Below, piece by piece: positions 12,301-23,392 of a stretch of 64,000 nucleotides of DNA. This DNA comes from Lytechinus pictus (Eukaryota). Below the pieces are notes generated by a model, which was not told the DNA's origin, did no database searches, and saw nothing but the letters and a program-made list of their open reading frames with translations. Location: assembly GCF_037042905.1 (NCBI RefSeq), contig NC_087245.1, positions 17,486,001 to 17,550,000 on the forward strand, written 5' to 3'. The translations under genes and the position numbers were made by a program. The first letter of the stretch is position 1. Each line of letters opens with the position of its first letter.

Positions 12301-15300
12301 GGGGGGGGGCGCAAAATCATGAATCAACGTTAAAAAGGCGCTCGATCACACAAAACAAACTCACCCACACACACACACATAGGCATATATATATATATAT
12401 ATATATATGACTCATGAGAAAAAGACACATATCTCACCAGCAAATTAATGCGAGCGCGAAGCGCGAGCCAAAATTTTTTAGTATCCTGACCTGAAAACAG
12501 GAAAAGGTACCTGTTTTGGACTGTTTGTAGTAACTCATGAGGAGGATACATATCTCACTACACAGATAATGCGAGTGCCGAGAGCGAGCTGAAATTTCTT
12601 TATATTCTGACCTGAAAGCTTGATATTCTAAGCATTTTTGGTACCAATGATTAAGATAGGTATCTAAAAGAACAATAGGTACGAGCGCGAAGCGCGAGCT
12701 GAAAAGTTTGATATTTCGATCTGAAAAAAATGACAGTTTAATGGTCGTTTTTTAATAAAGAACAAGATATATATCCAACAAAAGATTATTGCAAATCGAA
12801 GCGGGAGTTTTTTTTAGGTTTAGAACTGAAAACGGGACATTCTATTCACCTATTTTATCATGAAAAGTATGGGTTTTTGCTACAGAAATGATGCGAGCGC
12901 GAAGCGCGAGCTGAAATTTTTTATATTACAATCTAAAAAGCGGACATTTTGAGCACGATTTTAAATAAAGAACGAGTTGTGTATGTCAATCTCGCTTGCT
13001 GATTTCTGTGTAACATTACAATCTTTGTATTTTATTTTTGCACATGCGGAATTATTGGGGGGGGGGGGCAAAACGATATGTTTGCCCCTCCCCAATATTT
13101 TCATTGGTGGGGCGATCGCCCCCCCCCCCCCCCCCTGGATCGGCGCCTCTGTTTGCGCTAGGTGTGGGAGGTGGGGCCGTACTAAACCCAACGATGTAGG
13201 TAAAGGTAAAACCGACGACCGACGTCCGTGACATAACAATTAACATATCGCTGTATTTGTTTAGGGGTTCAATTCAGGGAATACTTGCCAAGAGGATCGT
13301 TTTGTTTCCAATTCTTGTTAAGGGTATAGGGTTTCACACGCAAATACTTGATAAGGGGTGCATTTTCAGAACATGGCAAATACTTGTTTATACCTTGGTC
13401 ACATTTGCTCTACGGCGGCCTTACGGCGAGTCGAAAACAGCCGTTTTATTAATTTTGATTCAAACAACCTAAATGTAGTTGGACAAAAAATGTTAAAACG
13501 GCTGTTTTCGACTCGCCGTACGGCCGCCGTAGAACAAATGTGACCATGGTATTAGGGTGTTTTTCGAGACCCCATGGTCGCGCATGATATCCACTCGTCA
13601 ATGAAAGTGCCCCCCCCCCCCGGTGACTTATATCATAGGCGGATCAAGGGGGGCCCGGGCCTCTCGGCCCAGGGACCTGAGAAGCGGGGGTGCTGGGGGT
13701 GCTGAAGCACCCCCAGAAATTATCCTGGGGGTGCTGCGTGTATTATTTTCCATAGGCAGCACCCCCACGAAATTAGGTTCCCCCTGTATTTTTTTAAATA
13801 TGTTATAATGTACATAATTATCACATCAGACAATCGCAAATCATTTATATAGTCTTTCACATATTCCAATAACCTCCCTCCTATATAACGCGACTCAATC
13901 AAGCTCCAGCGGGACAGCCACTCCGATACAGACGTACATGTAGTCGCGCGCAATACGTGATACACACTGGGGTGGTTGAAACTTCCAGGTTTTATGTCGA
14001 ATCAAGTGAGCGCGCGCCCGACCGCCCGTGTATTGTATACAAAAATTAAAAGTAAAAATTAAAAGTCTTTTTCGCCCTGCCCCATGGCCCTACGGGCTGG
14101 GAAGCGGGGGTGTTCGGGGTGAAGCAACCCCAAAATTTGGGGGTGCTGCGTGTGTTATTTTCCATATATATAGGCAGCGCACCTCCTGGAAATCTAGTGG
14201 TAGGTATGATAAATGACAGAAATGTAATGAAAATGAACGACCTTTTGTAGAACCCCCCCCCCCCACTTCAGAATTTTCTGACACATTACTTGAAATAGTG
14301 TTTAAATTCACCCTCTTTCAGATCGGAATATCAAATGTTTTCTGCTCGCGCTTCGCACTCGCATTATTGATTTTTATCATTAAAAAATGTATTTAGAATG
14401 CCCAGATACTATATAGGTCTAACTCTAAACACGCGCACGCATGTTTTATTCAGATACGCAGCTTCACCAGCTTGATGGGGGGGGGGGGGGTACTCCGGGC
14501 TGAAAATATTTATATCAAATACATTTTATCAAAATAAATAAATTTTATCAAAATCTGATAACGATTAGTTAAGTTATTTAATTCTAAAATTTAGCAATAT
14601 TTTATGAAAATGGTGATATGCATGTCGTCATGAATATTTAATAGGTGCGCTGATGCTGTCACATCCCCATTATCCTAGCTGTTCCTTGTGGAATCAAAAT
14701 TGTTTCATTTTTTTCATACCAGAATGAATGATATGTCTCCCTTATAATGAAATAAGTTGCAGCAAAGAATATCTAATGGACTAAATCAGTTGTCAATTCA
14801 ACTGTTTTGGTTCTTGAAAGGAAAATATTGAATAAACCTAATTTTATATAATAAAATACAAAAGAACAAGTGGGGAATAATGCTAATCTTTAAAATGCAA
14901 TAACTGATTCCTTGTCTGATTTTGATCAAATCTTTATTCTTATGTTCGTCTGAGTTTTCTTTATCTGTTCAAACCATTTTACATTCAGTATGGAGTTTCA
15001 GATCAGAATATCAAAAATTTTCTGCTCGCGCTTCGCGCTCACATTATTAATTTAAGAATATATCCAATTACCCATCATTTTCTTGATTTACAAAACATGA
15101 ATGAATGTCCCGTTTTCAGGTCTGAAACCTCAATTTTGTTTCCGCTCGCGCTTTGCGCTCGCATCAATTGTATAGTTATATACCTATCCTGTTCATGATT
15201 AGAAAAGTGCATAAGATGTCTCGTTTTTAGGTTTGAAATCTCATTTTTATTTCCGCTCGCGCTTCGCGCTTGCATCAATTGTATAGTTTTATACCTATAC

Positions 15301-15782
15301 TCATCATGATTAGAAAAGAACTTAGAATCTCTCGTTTTTTTTGTCTGAAATCTCAATTTTGTTTCCGCTCGCGCTTCGCGCTCGCATCAATTGTAAATAT
15401 ACCTATCCTGCTCATAATTAAAAAACGTGCTTAAAAAGTATTTAGGTCGGAATGTCAAATTTTTCAGCTCGCACTTCGCGCTCGCATTATTTGATTGTTG
15501 ATATATGTATCGTCTTCATGAGTAACTGCAAAACAGTCCTTATAACACGTCCCTTTCGATCAGGCCAGAGCCTATATAAAAATATATCTGCTCGCGCTCA
15601 CAATTATTATTTGTTACATACGCATCTTGGACCACAAACATTGCTCAAAATGTTCAATTTTCAGGACAAAATACATGCAATTTCCACAAAAAATAGCTCG
15701 CGCTTCGCGCTCGAATTATCTAATTATATATTAATGTTCTTTTATAAAAAGAAAGCATAGAAGTGACTGTCATATATATGTA

Positions 15783-15838
<56 letters not shown>

Positions 15839-18800
15839 GTATGTGTGTGTGTGTAATTATGTTAAACTCAATTGTGTCTGCCCCCCCCCCCACCTCTGAG
15901 GAGAGATTTCAGCACCCCCACTGAAAAAATCGTTCCCAGGTCCCTGTCTCGGCCCCCCCCCCCCCCAGTGGCGTACCTAGGATTTTCCACAGGGGGGCAA
16001 AAAAGGTCTTTCAAGCTCGTCAGGGGGGCAGGGATACGTCCTTTGCATGGGTTGTGGCTCGTCACGGGTTGGCGGAGCAAAAAAGGGGGAAAAAGGAAAG
16101 AAAGACAAAAAAGCTGAAAAATGAATAAAGGAGGGAAAAGGAGGGAAAAGAGAGGAGAAAAAAGCAGTGGAGGAAGACGAGTGAATAAAATAAGATGAGG
16201 GGAAGACTTGGAAAATAAAAAGAATCTTTCATGCCACTACATAAATTTTTTGCTTGCGCTTCGAGCTCGCATTATCTTGTTCAATATGGAGTTTAAATAT
16301 CAAGTTTGGAAGTCAATATACAAAACATATTTCACCTCGGAAATCGAACTTTTATTATTTCGTATGATTTATAAATTAATTTTTATAAAGTGCTCTTTAA
16401 AAATGTCAGTTTTATGGTCTGAATATTAACATTTTCTGCTCGCGCTGCGCGTTCGTAAAATTTTTATTTTTCAGGTACCTATTATTTTCGTGTATTCCAA
16501 AAATTTTCAAAATATCCCTTTTCAGGTCTGATTGTCAAAACGTATCAGCTAGCGCTGCACGCTCGCATTTTTATTGGCGAGTTATGTATGTCTCAATATT
16601 GATTATACTATTAAAAAAAACTTAAATCCCCTTTTCATGACAGTTTATAAAAAAATTTGGCTCGCGATTTGCGCTCGCATTAATGGTTACGATATATTAA
16701 CTGATGCATCCTATTTATAATTACAGAAGTGCTTGAAATGTCCGGTTTTCAGGCCATAATATCATCAGATTTCGCACCCTCATTAGGCATTAATTTTGTT
16801 TCATCTCGCGCTTAGCAAGGGGAATAGGAAGATAGTCATCATTTTGTAAAAGAAAGTCAATGCATAACATATAATACACAGTATATAAACAAATCGCCAA
16901 TGTTTGGGTATAAAATGGATCAATGAAAATTAAAACATATACACGCGATTGAAATTATTTGAAAAAAGGAAAAAAAAATGATCATAACAATAATAAAAAA
17001 GCAGAGTAAATAGACAACAGTTTATTTAAAATGAATAAACCTATGAAGCAAGAACCTCGAGAATGAATTGCTTCAAAATCTTCAAAGCTTGTTGGGCTCC
17101 CAGGGACAGGAGAAAGCAATGACGTCTATCGGTGCATGGAAAATTCAATACAAAAGATGGTTGATGGGCCAGGCCTGGGAATGTCTCTCTCACACACTGA
17201 CCCTCAAATACGAACACTCTCAAAACCATCAACACAAGCACCAACCCGCCCCTCCCCCTCCTCTCCCTCTCTGCAACAGACCCAGCCAGAAGGGTACAGC
17301 AGACTGCCTCACACCCAATCCCGCCCAGTCATCATTTTCATATGCATGTCCTAAGGATGTCCGGTCCTATGTTAAAACTCAATGTGATAATAATGTGTGA
17401 TCCTTATCCACCTCACAATTTTCCTACAAAGTTAAGTTCATACTTCAATACTTTACATATTTAAAAGAAATATTCGGGGAAACGGATAAACGATCAAAAT
17501 TACCGTCTTGTCGATTTTTTTCACAACACAGTTGCTGAATTCAAAGAGCTTTGCGACCCACACCCTTTATCATGTAAGAACATCAATCTATCTGGAGGGA
17601 GATCGATTCAACTCATTCCAAGATTAGCATCAAAATTAAACGATCCTGAACCAGTTCTGGTAAAACTCCCATCTTGGCGCCATGTTGTCTGTGTTTTGCC
17701 GAAAAGAAATGGTGAGTGCATAAAAACAATCTTCTACAGATATTTTGGACATGATAGGCACATTGGCGGCGGAAACCAAACAATTTAGGGGGACCACCAA
17801 AAATTTTTGACAAGCAAAAAAAAGTTATATATCAACCAAAATTTTAGGGGGGACCGACAAAATTTTTTGACAAGCAAAAAAAAAAGGTCATCAACGAAAA
17901 ATTTAGGGGGGGATCGTCCCCCCACCTCAAATTTAGGGGGGACACGTCCCCCCGTCCCCCCCCCCCCGCTTCCGCCGCATATGGGGCTTTGTCTTCTTAT
18001 ATCATAAGATTTCGCACAATTATCATTGTAAGGGGCGGTAAAGTATTTAAATAATTACCTGTGGTGAAAAGGATGGAAATAAAAGTATTTGCTAGGCTAT
18101 TTAGATTACAGTTGCTCATTTCACCTTCCTTTAGATGGGTATAATTAGAACCGGTTCCCTCAAGCCATTTGGCGCATGTTCCTGTTCTTATAATATGCTA
18201 AAGAGATACTGTAACCGAGCAAATTGCTTTATTGCACCGAATATGCAAACGTCTATACATGTTATTCATTGGCAGCGGAACGGTTTTTGAAAGGGGGGGG
18301 GGGGCTGAATTACAAGCGCAAAATCGCAATCATGGTCATTTTTGTGTTTTTGTACACGGTTTTGGAAAAGCCCCCAGCCCCCCCCCCCCCCCCCCCCCGG
18401 TTCAGTGAGCCCTGTTAAACTGTAAGTGTGGAAGGGTCTGGTTAATTAAAGACTTCATTATTAACTGTTTCCCCTTGTTTGTCTTTTATTTCGGATCGTG
18501 CTTTCCTACTATATCTTTTGCGATTCGTATTGACTGCATCCTATGCAGTCTGCTTCCTCTTCTTGAACCATGGACCGTCTTTTGCAGTGTTTCGTAAATA
18601 TCTTATCGAGAATAGTATTTCTATACAATGTGCCTTTACACTATCTTCTATAGGCCGGCCAGACCGGATTCGTTAATGTTTTTGCTCTCTTCCATCATCA
18701 TGATCATGTGTCCATGTTTCTACTACACGAAGTTCTGTCCCAACACAATCACCATCCGTAAATAGTTTTTTAATTGGCATTATTATATCGTCTTTGTATT

Positions 18801-21800
18801 ATTATGTCAATATCGTAGAGACTCCTACGGATGCATCACCACCACTAGAAACTCTCGATGGAGGAAGTTCGACAACTTCGCCAGAAATTTCATCCAGTGG
18901 ATCAACTGAAGCTTCGTCAGAACAAGCAATGACCCCAATGACAGGCTCTTCAACTACTCCATCAAAACCTACGACCAATGGTAAAACAAGCCCCCAGCCC
19001 CCCTTCTCGGTTCCGTGCCCATAATAATCTGTAAAAGCTCCATGGTTAAAGTTATATGGTCTGATAACACTTCCATAATGATTTTCCTCGTTTGTCCTTT
19101 ATGTCGGATCATGCATTCCTCCTAACTCTTTTGCAGTCTTCTTCCTTTTCTTGAACCATGGATCATGTTTTTCATTGTTCCTTTAATGTCTCATCGAGAA
19201 TGGTACTGCTATCAATGTTTCTTCTAGACCAGACCGGTTTTGCTAATGTTTTTGCTCTCTTCCATTCATCTATGATCTTCCATGTTTCTCCTACACGAAG
19301 TTCTGTCCCAACACAATCACCATCGGTAATTGTTTTTTTATGTCAATATCGTATAGATACTCCCATGGATGCATCACCGCCCCAAGAAACTCCTGGTGGA
19401 GGAAGTTCGACAACTTCACCAGAACTTTCTTCCAGTGGATCAACTGAAGCTTCGTCAGAACAAGCAATGACCCCAATGACAGGCTCTTCAACTACTCCAT
19501 CAGAACATACAACGGACGATGCAGCGACAACTTTGTCACACCCTACAACAATTCCTTCTACGGAGGCTTTACCTGAAACCACAACAAAAGGAACTTCAGG
19601 TGTGAATTCGTGTAAGATGCTCTATTCAATGGGGCATCAAACAAGTGGTGTCTATGCCATCTCTCCTAGCGGTGTGGGACTGACCGATGTCTACTGCGAT
19701 ATGACCACCGACAACGGAGGGTGGACAATCTTCCAGGTACGTTCCGCCAGATTCTCGGTGTGAAATATTATAATATTTTCTGGATATGACAAAATCTATC
19801 AATTTTTTTTGTTTTATTTTATCGCATTTTTTCCCTTTTCTTTTCTTTTTCTTTTTTCTTTCTTTATAAGGAACTTTCGCTCTATCCACCATATCTGACC
19901 TCTTCATGATTTATAATAGGCCTGAGTAGAATTTTGTAGGCTTGCTCGCTTCGCCCGCTTACAAATTTTCTGTAATATTCCAATGTACCCAAACTCAACC
20001 CTCTCTTTTGTTTTATCACGCTCATTATTCGACAATATTTTCATTGATTTATTTTCATATATCACATCCTTCACAATAATAAAATGCATACAGAAACGTT
20101 ATGACGGATCTGTGGATTTTTACCGCAATTATAACGAGTATGTTCGTGGATTTGGTGACGTCGAGGGCGAATACTGGTTGGGATTAGACCAACTCTACTT
20201 ACTTGCTAAAGATGGAGTCGAACTCAGAATCGATATGGTTGATTACGATAACAATCCATTCTACGCTCATTATGGCAGTTTTAGCATTGGGAGTACCAAC
20301 ACCAAGTAAGGTTCTTACAATTTTCCTTCGCTATATTTTTTTTTTTGCAGAATTTTCTGCATTTATTGTAAAGTCAAAATAAATTTACAATACATAAACA
20401 TAATCGTAGTATGACATTAAAGTACATTGAAATGTGACAAATTTATAGCAGTGTGATAACAAAATTCAGACATGAATACAATTTAAGGATAAGACAAAGT
20501 AGTGAAAAACAAATGCAGTGGCAAACTATATAAGCAAAATAAATGCTTGAGTAATAGCAGCCAAAATATATATAGAGAGAGCGTATGGAAAACGTTACAT
20601 TTTGGAAAAGCTGCAGTTTCATTTTGTAATTTATCTAAAATCTTCTCTATCAGATGACACCACGATATATTTTGTGCATGCTTGAGCGCAAAACGACATG
20701 TTTTATCAGGGTGACGAGAAATGGCTTGCGCCATAATGAAGGAAATGGGCAATGTGAAAGTAACCGACTGATAAGGACTTAAAATCAACTGATTTGCTTT
20801 TAAGAACTTTTCACATACTACTTATTCTTAATCATGCATTGACAATAGAAAACTTAAAAAATATACTTCGTGTATTCACATGCGTAATTTTGACAGCTTT
20901 CTCAAAATGAAACGTTTATCATTCATCAAATTTTTATTTTTGTTTATATTGCTTATAATTCTACATTACAATACCTTTCTTTAACATGTTAAGAATGTCT
21001 AATAACCCAGTTATTTTGATGATCAAAAGAGAGGTTGTGTGTCTTGTAACATTTCTACTAACTACCGAACCAACGGCAACGGTAATTATTAACCCTAATC
21101 GTCCCCGGGTAATTTGAGTCTTGTCACTCCCGGGTCATTATACCCCCCCCCCCCCGCTCGTAATCGCGATATCTGCGCGATGGTGGAAAATGACGGTTGC
21201 ATCTTAGCCAACTTTCACTATCTATATTATCAATTTAACTATGTTAATTTGTGCATGAAATTAGAATTTGGGGGTAAATCTATCGATAAAGCCATTGAAA
21301 ATGGACAAGGAATAACAAAGATATGACATTATATGGATTTGCATTATTTCGGTGAAACAGTTCTATACACGTCTTCATGAATATTCAATGAGTATAGACC
21401 GATAATGTCATATCCCCACTTCTTCTTTTGTATTTTATGGCATGAAATTATGTTTATTCATTTTTTCTTTAAGAACAAAAATTAAAATGGATAGACAATT
21501 GATATAATGCATGAGATAGTCATGGCTGCAACTTATTTTATCGTGATAAGAATATATAATACACACATGTATGAAAATATGAAATAAATATGATTTCATG
21601 TAATAACATAAAAAGGGAAAGTGGGGATATGACATCATCAGCCCACCTACTGAATATTCATGCAACGTTCATATAACTGTTTCACAATATTGCTGAATTT
21701 TACTATAGGCAAATATACTTAGATATAATAATTTTCAACCCGGAGTAACCCTTTATTCTGATGTTGATTACATTTTCAATGTAATGCTTGTTTAAATTCA

Positions 21801-22365
21801 TTTTAAAGTAAATGAATAAAGATATTAATGAATAAATTTGAAGAAAAAATAGATAAAATATAATGACGTGACAAAAAAATTATGGATTACAAAATAATAT
21901 TTACACACGGAGCATTTTTTAACTTAGGGGCCCTACGAAAATCAGAAGTAAAAATGAAAGTGCTGATACTTCAGCTACTACGTCAGACATATTTTCATTA
22001 TATTTTCTCTTCAATCGCAATCTTGAATTTACATGACTGTTTTAAGGTTCTATATAGTCTTAGACTAAATTCAATTTAATGTATGTATTTACTATCTTCA
22101 ATAAAGCTACAGAATCGTGTTTTCATCATATACCGGTACTGCAGGAGAAGGGCTAGATGCAGCCAACGGACAAGCCTTCTTAACTTATGACAGTGGTGGA
22201 TCAACGAATAATTGTGCTTCTCGGTACCATGGGGCGTGGTGGTATAACAACTGTTATACAGCCAACTTGAATGGGGTACACGGACTCCAAAATGATTTGC
22301 AAGGGATTGTTTGGGATTGGCCTGACACAAAATACATGAGAGCTACAGAAATGAAGTTAAGATGA
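6291..22365 (+). CDS. FReD gene copy 1: secreted fibrinogen-related-domain protein with mucin-like stalk (ficolin/tachylectin-5/MFAP4-like FReD), 428 aa; join(6291..6314,11706..11775,17532..17711,18819..18980,19357..19736,20094..20305,22107..22365)
   Basis: Seven exons with GT/AG boundaries and compatible phases, 1287 nt in total. Signal-peptide-like start MKKTSVIMSVVCSSQSLPIFLFLIPASFVHG. FReD motifs: SCK..[45 protein letters not shown], NC...GAWWYNNCYTANLNG, TEMKLR. The same exons are conserved in the paralogues. Confidence 0.85.
7734..11202. mobile_element. hAT-like MITE (CAGGGGCCGCGGAAC ends) inserted in the LINE RT
   Basis: TIR caggggccgcggaac / gttccgcggcccctg; tgag duplicated on both flanks. 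Confidence 0.75.
7866..11159. mobile_element. 3.3 kb foldback-type non-autonomous element with TGT...ACA ends
   Basis: Termini tgttacacccacaaatgtaataa / ttattacatttgtgggtgcaaca. Outer tandem cccacaaatgtaataa repeats and inner ~57 bp ccagacccggtt repeats are mirrored at both ends. Inserted in a poly-G run. Confidence 0.8.
11706..11775 (+). CDS. copy 1 exon 2 (hydrophobic signal-peptide core)
   Basis: tttag acceptor, gtaagt donor; encodes SVVCSSQSLPIFLFLIPASFVHG; conserved in copies 2 and 3. Confidence 0.7.
12013..17430. mobile_element. cluster of nested non-autonomous DNA elements in copy 1 intron 2
   Basis: Absent from copies 2 and 3. TIR pair gagtggataccatgcgcgacc (12013) / ggtcgcgcatgatatccactc (13576-13596), several G/C-run TIR pairs, and GCGAGCGCGAAGCGCGAGC arrays. 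Confidence 0.75.
13391..13551. mobile_element. palindromic MITE with TTA TSD (PIF/Harbinger-like)
   Basis: ~60 bp TIR taccttggtcacatttgctctacggcggcc... / ...ggccgccgtagaacaaatgtgaccatggta, flanked by tta on both sides. Confidence 0.8.
17532..17711 (+). CDS. copy 1 exon 3 (unrecognised 60-aa Cys-containing domain)
   Basis: cacag acceptor, gtgagt donor, 180 nt, phase 1-1; VAEFKELCDPHPLSCKNINLSGGRSIQLIPRLASKLNDPEPVLVKLPSWRHVVCVLPKRN. Confidence 0.75.
17761..17983. mobile_element. hAT-like MITE in copy 1 intron 3
   Basis: cattggcggcggaa ... ttccgccgcatatg; absent in copies 2 and 3; same family as 26218-26546. Confidence 0.65.
18819..18980 (+). CDS. copy 1 exon 4 (Ser/Thr/Pro-rich stalk module)
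   Basis: cgtag acceptor, gtaaaa donor, 162 nt, phase 1-1; ETPTDASPPLETLDGGSSTTSPE...PTTN. Confidence 0.7.
19357..19736 (+). CDS. copy 1 exon 5 (second stalk module plus FReD start)
   Basis: tatag acceptor, CAG|gtacgt donor; ends [16 protein letters not shown]. Confidence 0.9.
20094..20305 (+). CDS. copy 1 exon 6 (FReD middle)
   Basis: atacag acceptor, gtaagg donor; [32 protein letters not shown]... Confidence 0.92.
20336..20570 (-). mobile_element. short poly(A)-tailed retro-insertion (3' end only)
   Basis: T-run at 20336-20346 followed by tttatt (reverse AATAAA); absent from the copy 2 intron. Confidence 0.5.
22107..22365 (+). CDS. copy 1 exon 7 (FReD C-terminal P subdomain)
   Basis: aag acceptor (an in-frame cag alternative lies 6 nt downstream); YRIVFSSYTGTAGEGL...GAWWYNNCYTANLNG...EMKLR then TGA. 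Confidence 0.9.
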
Positions 22366-23169
22366 TCGGATTGATCCATGTTGTTGTCATTCCTTTCTAC
22401 CTAATTTTTGAAGTTCTTATACAATAGTTATTTTAAAGCACAATGTAGTCCAAGTGATTGTGTATATTAGAGAATCACTTGAAAAACAGGAATAAGCAAT
22501 TTAAACATATTTCATGTAATGATCTATATCTATAATGGATTTCATGTCAACATGGTAACACGAACATGGGCCTCATGTTTCGGAGGGGGGGGGGGTGGGC
22601 TGCTCACGTATAATGGTAGAACCGGTACGTGGCTCTTAAGACCCCTTTTCACTCATTGACCAACCCGTTCTCCCTCGCTCCTTCATATCCTAACTAAGCC
22701 CTTTATTTTATTCGTCAGTTCTCGATGACCACATTTCATTGTAAATTCCACCCACCCCCCCCCCCAAAAAAAAAAAAAATGCAGAACTTCAGTTCTTAAG
22801 AGTATGGCATCTGATTTTCTGGCCAAACATCCGTATCCTTTCCAATCCGAGTGGGGGGGGGGGTGCCTCTCACTGAAAAACCAGTCCAGAATGATAGTCC
22901 TTTCTCAAGAGCTTTCAAGACACTGGACCCTGGTTCCTTTCACACCTTAAGGGCGCCACCTATTGCTGTCCTTTACCAGGAAACGAAACAAAACTGTTTA
23001 TTCATATTTATTTATCAAAACCTAATAGACAATCATTATTCGGAGTTGTTAAAACTCATATTAGTGAAAAGTGCGTAAGTTTCAATATTTTACATCAATT
23101 CCAGACAATAACAGACTGTCATGAAAATTGCATTTTTCTCGTGACAATTTTATTTTCACTTTACAAAAT

Positions 23170-23392
23170 CCCAGCCATGGCGTAATTTCCTTCAGCAAGA
23201 AATGTATCCACATTGTGCTGCACTCAACCCAGGTGAGGTGAATGGGTACCCGGTAGGAAGAAATTCCTTGAATGCTTGAGCAGCCCAGCTAAAGCCAGGG
23301 TAATAATAATAGCAGGGCCCGCTGGGAGAACAGTTTTCAGAACTGAAATGGCTTCCCTGGGTCAATATACCTATATAACTATATTATTATAA
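23170..23392 (+). mobile_element. 5'-truncated SINE-like fragment, duplicated at about 46800-47025
   Basis: ccttcagcaagaaatgtatccacattgtgctgcactcaacccaggtgaggtgaatgggtacc core with a (tat)n-like tail. Confidence 0.5.

Noticed and set aside
19301..19325. Possible micro-exon aag|TTCTGTCCC...CATCG|gtaatt
   Set aside because: 25 nt is not frame-preserving and the following intron would be only ~30 nt
19158..19356. N-terminal extension of the 201 aa ORF (also 39209-39407 and 59184-59541)
   Set aside because: Intronic; the frame is not kept in the 38624 copy, and a good AG acceptor precedes the stalk sequence
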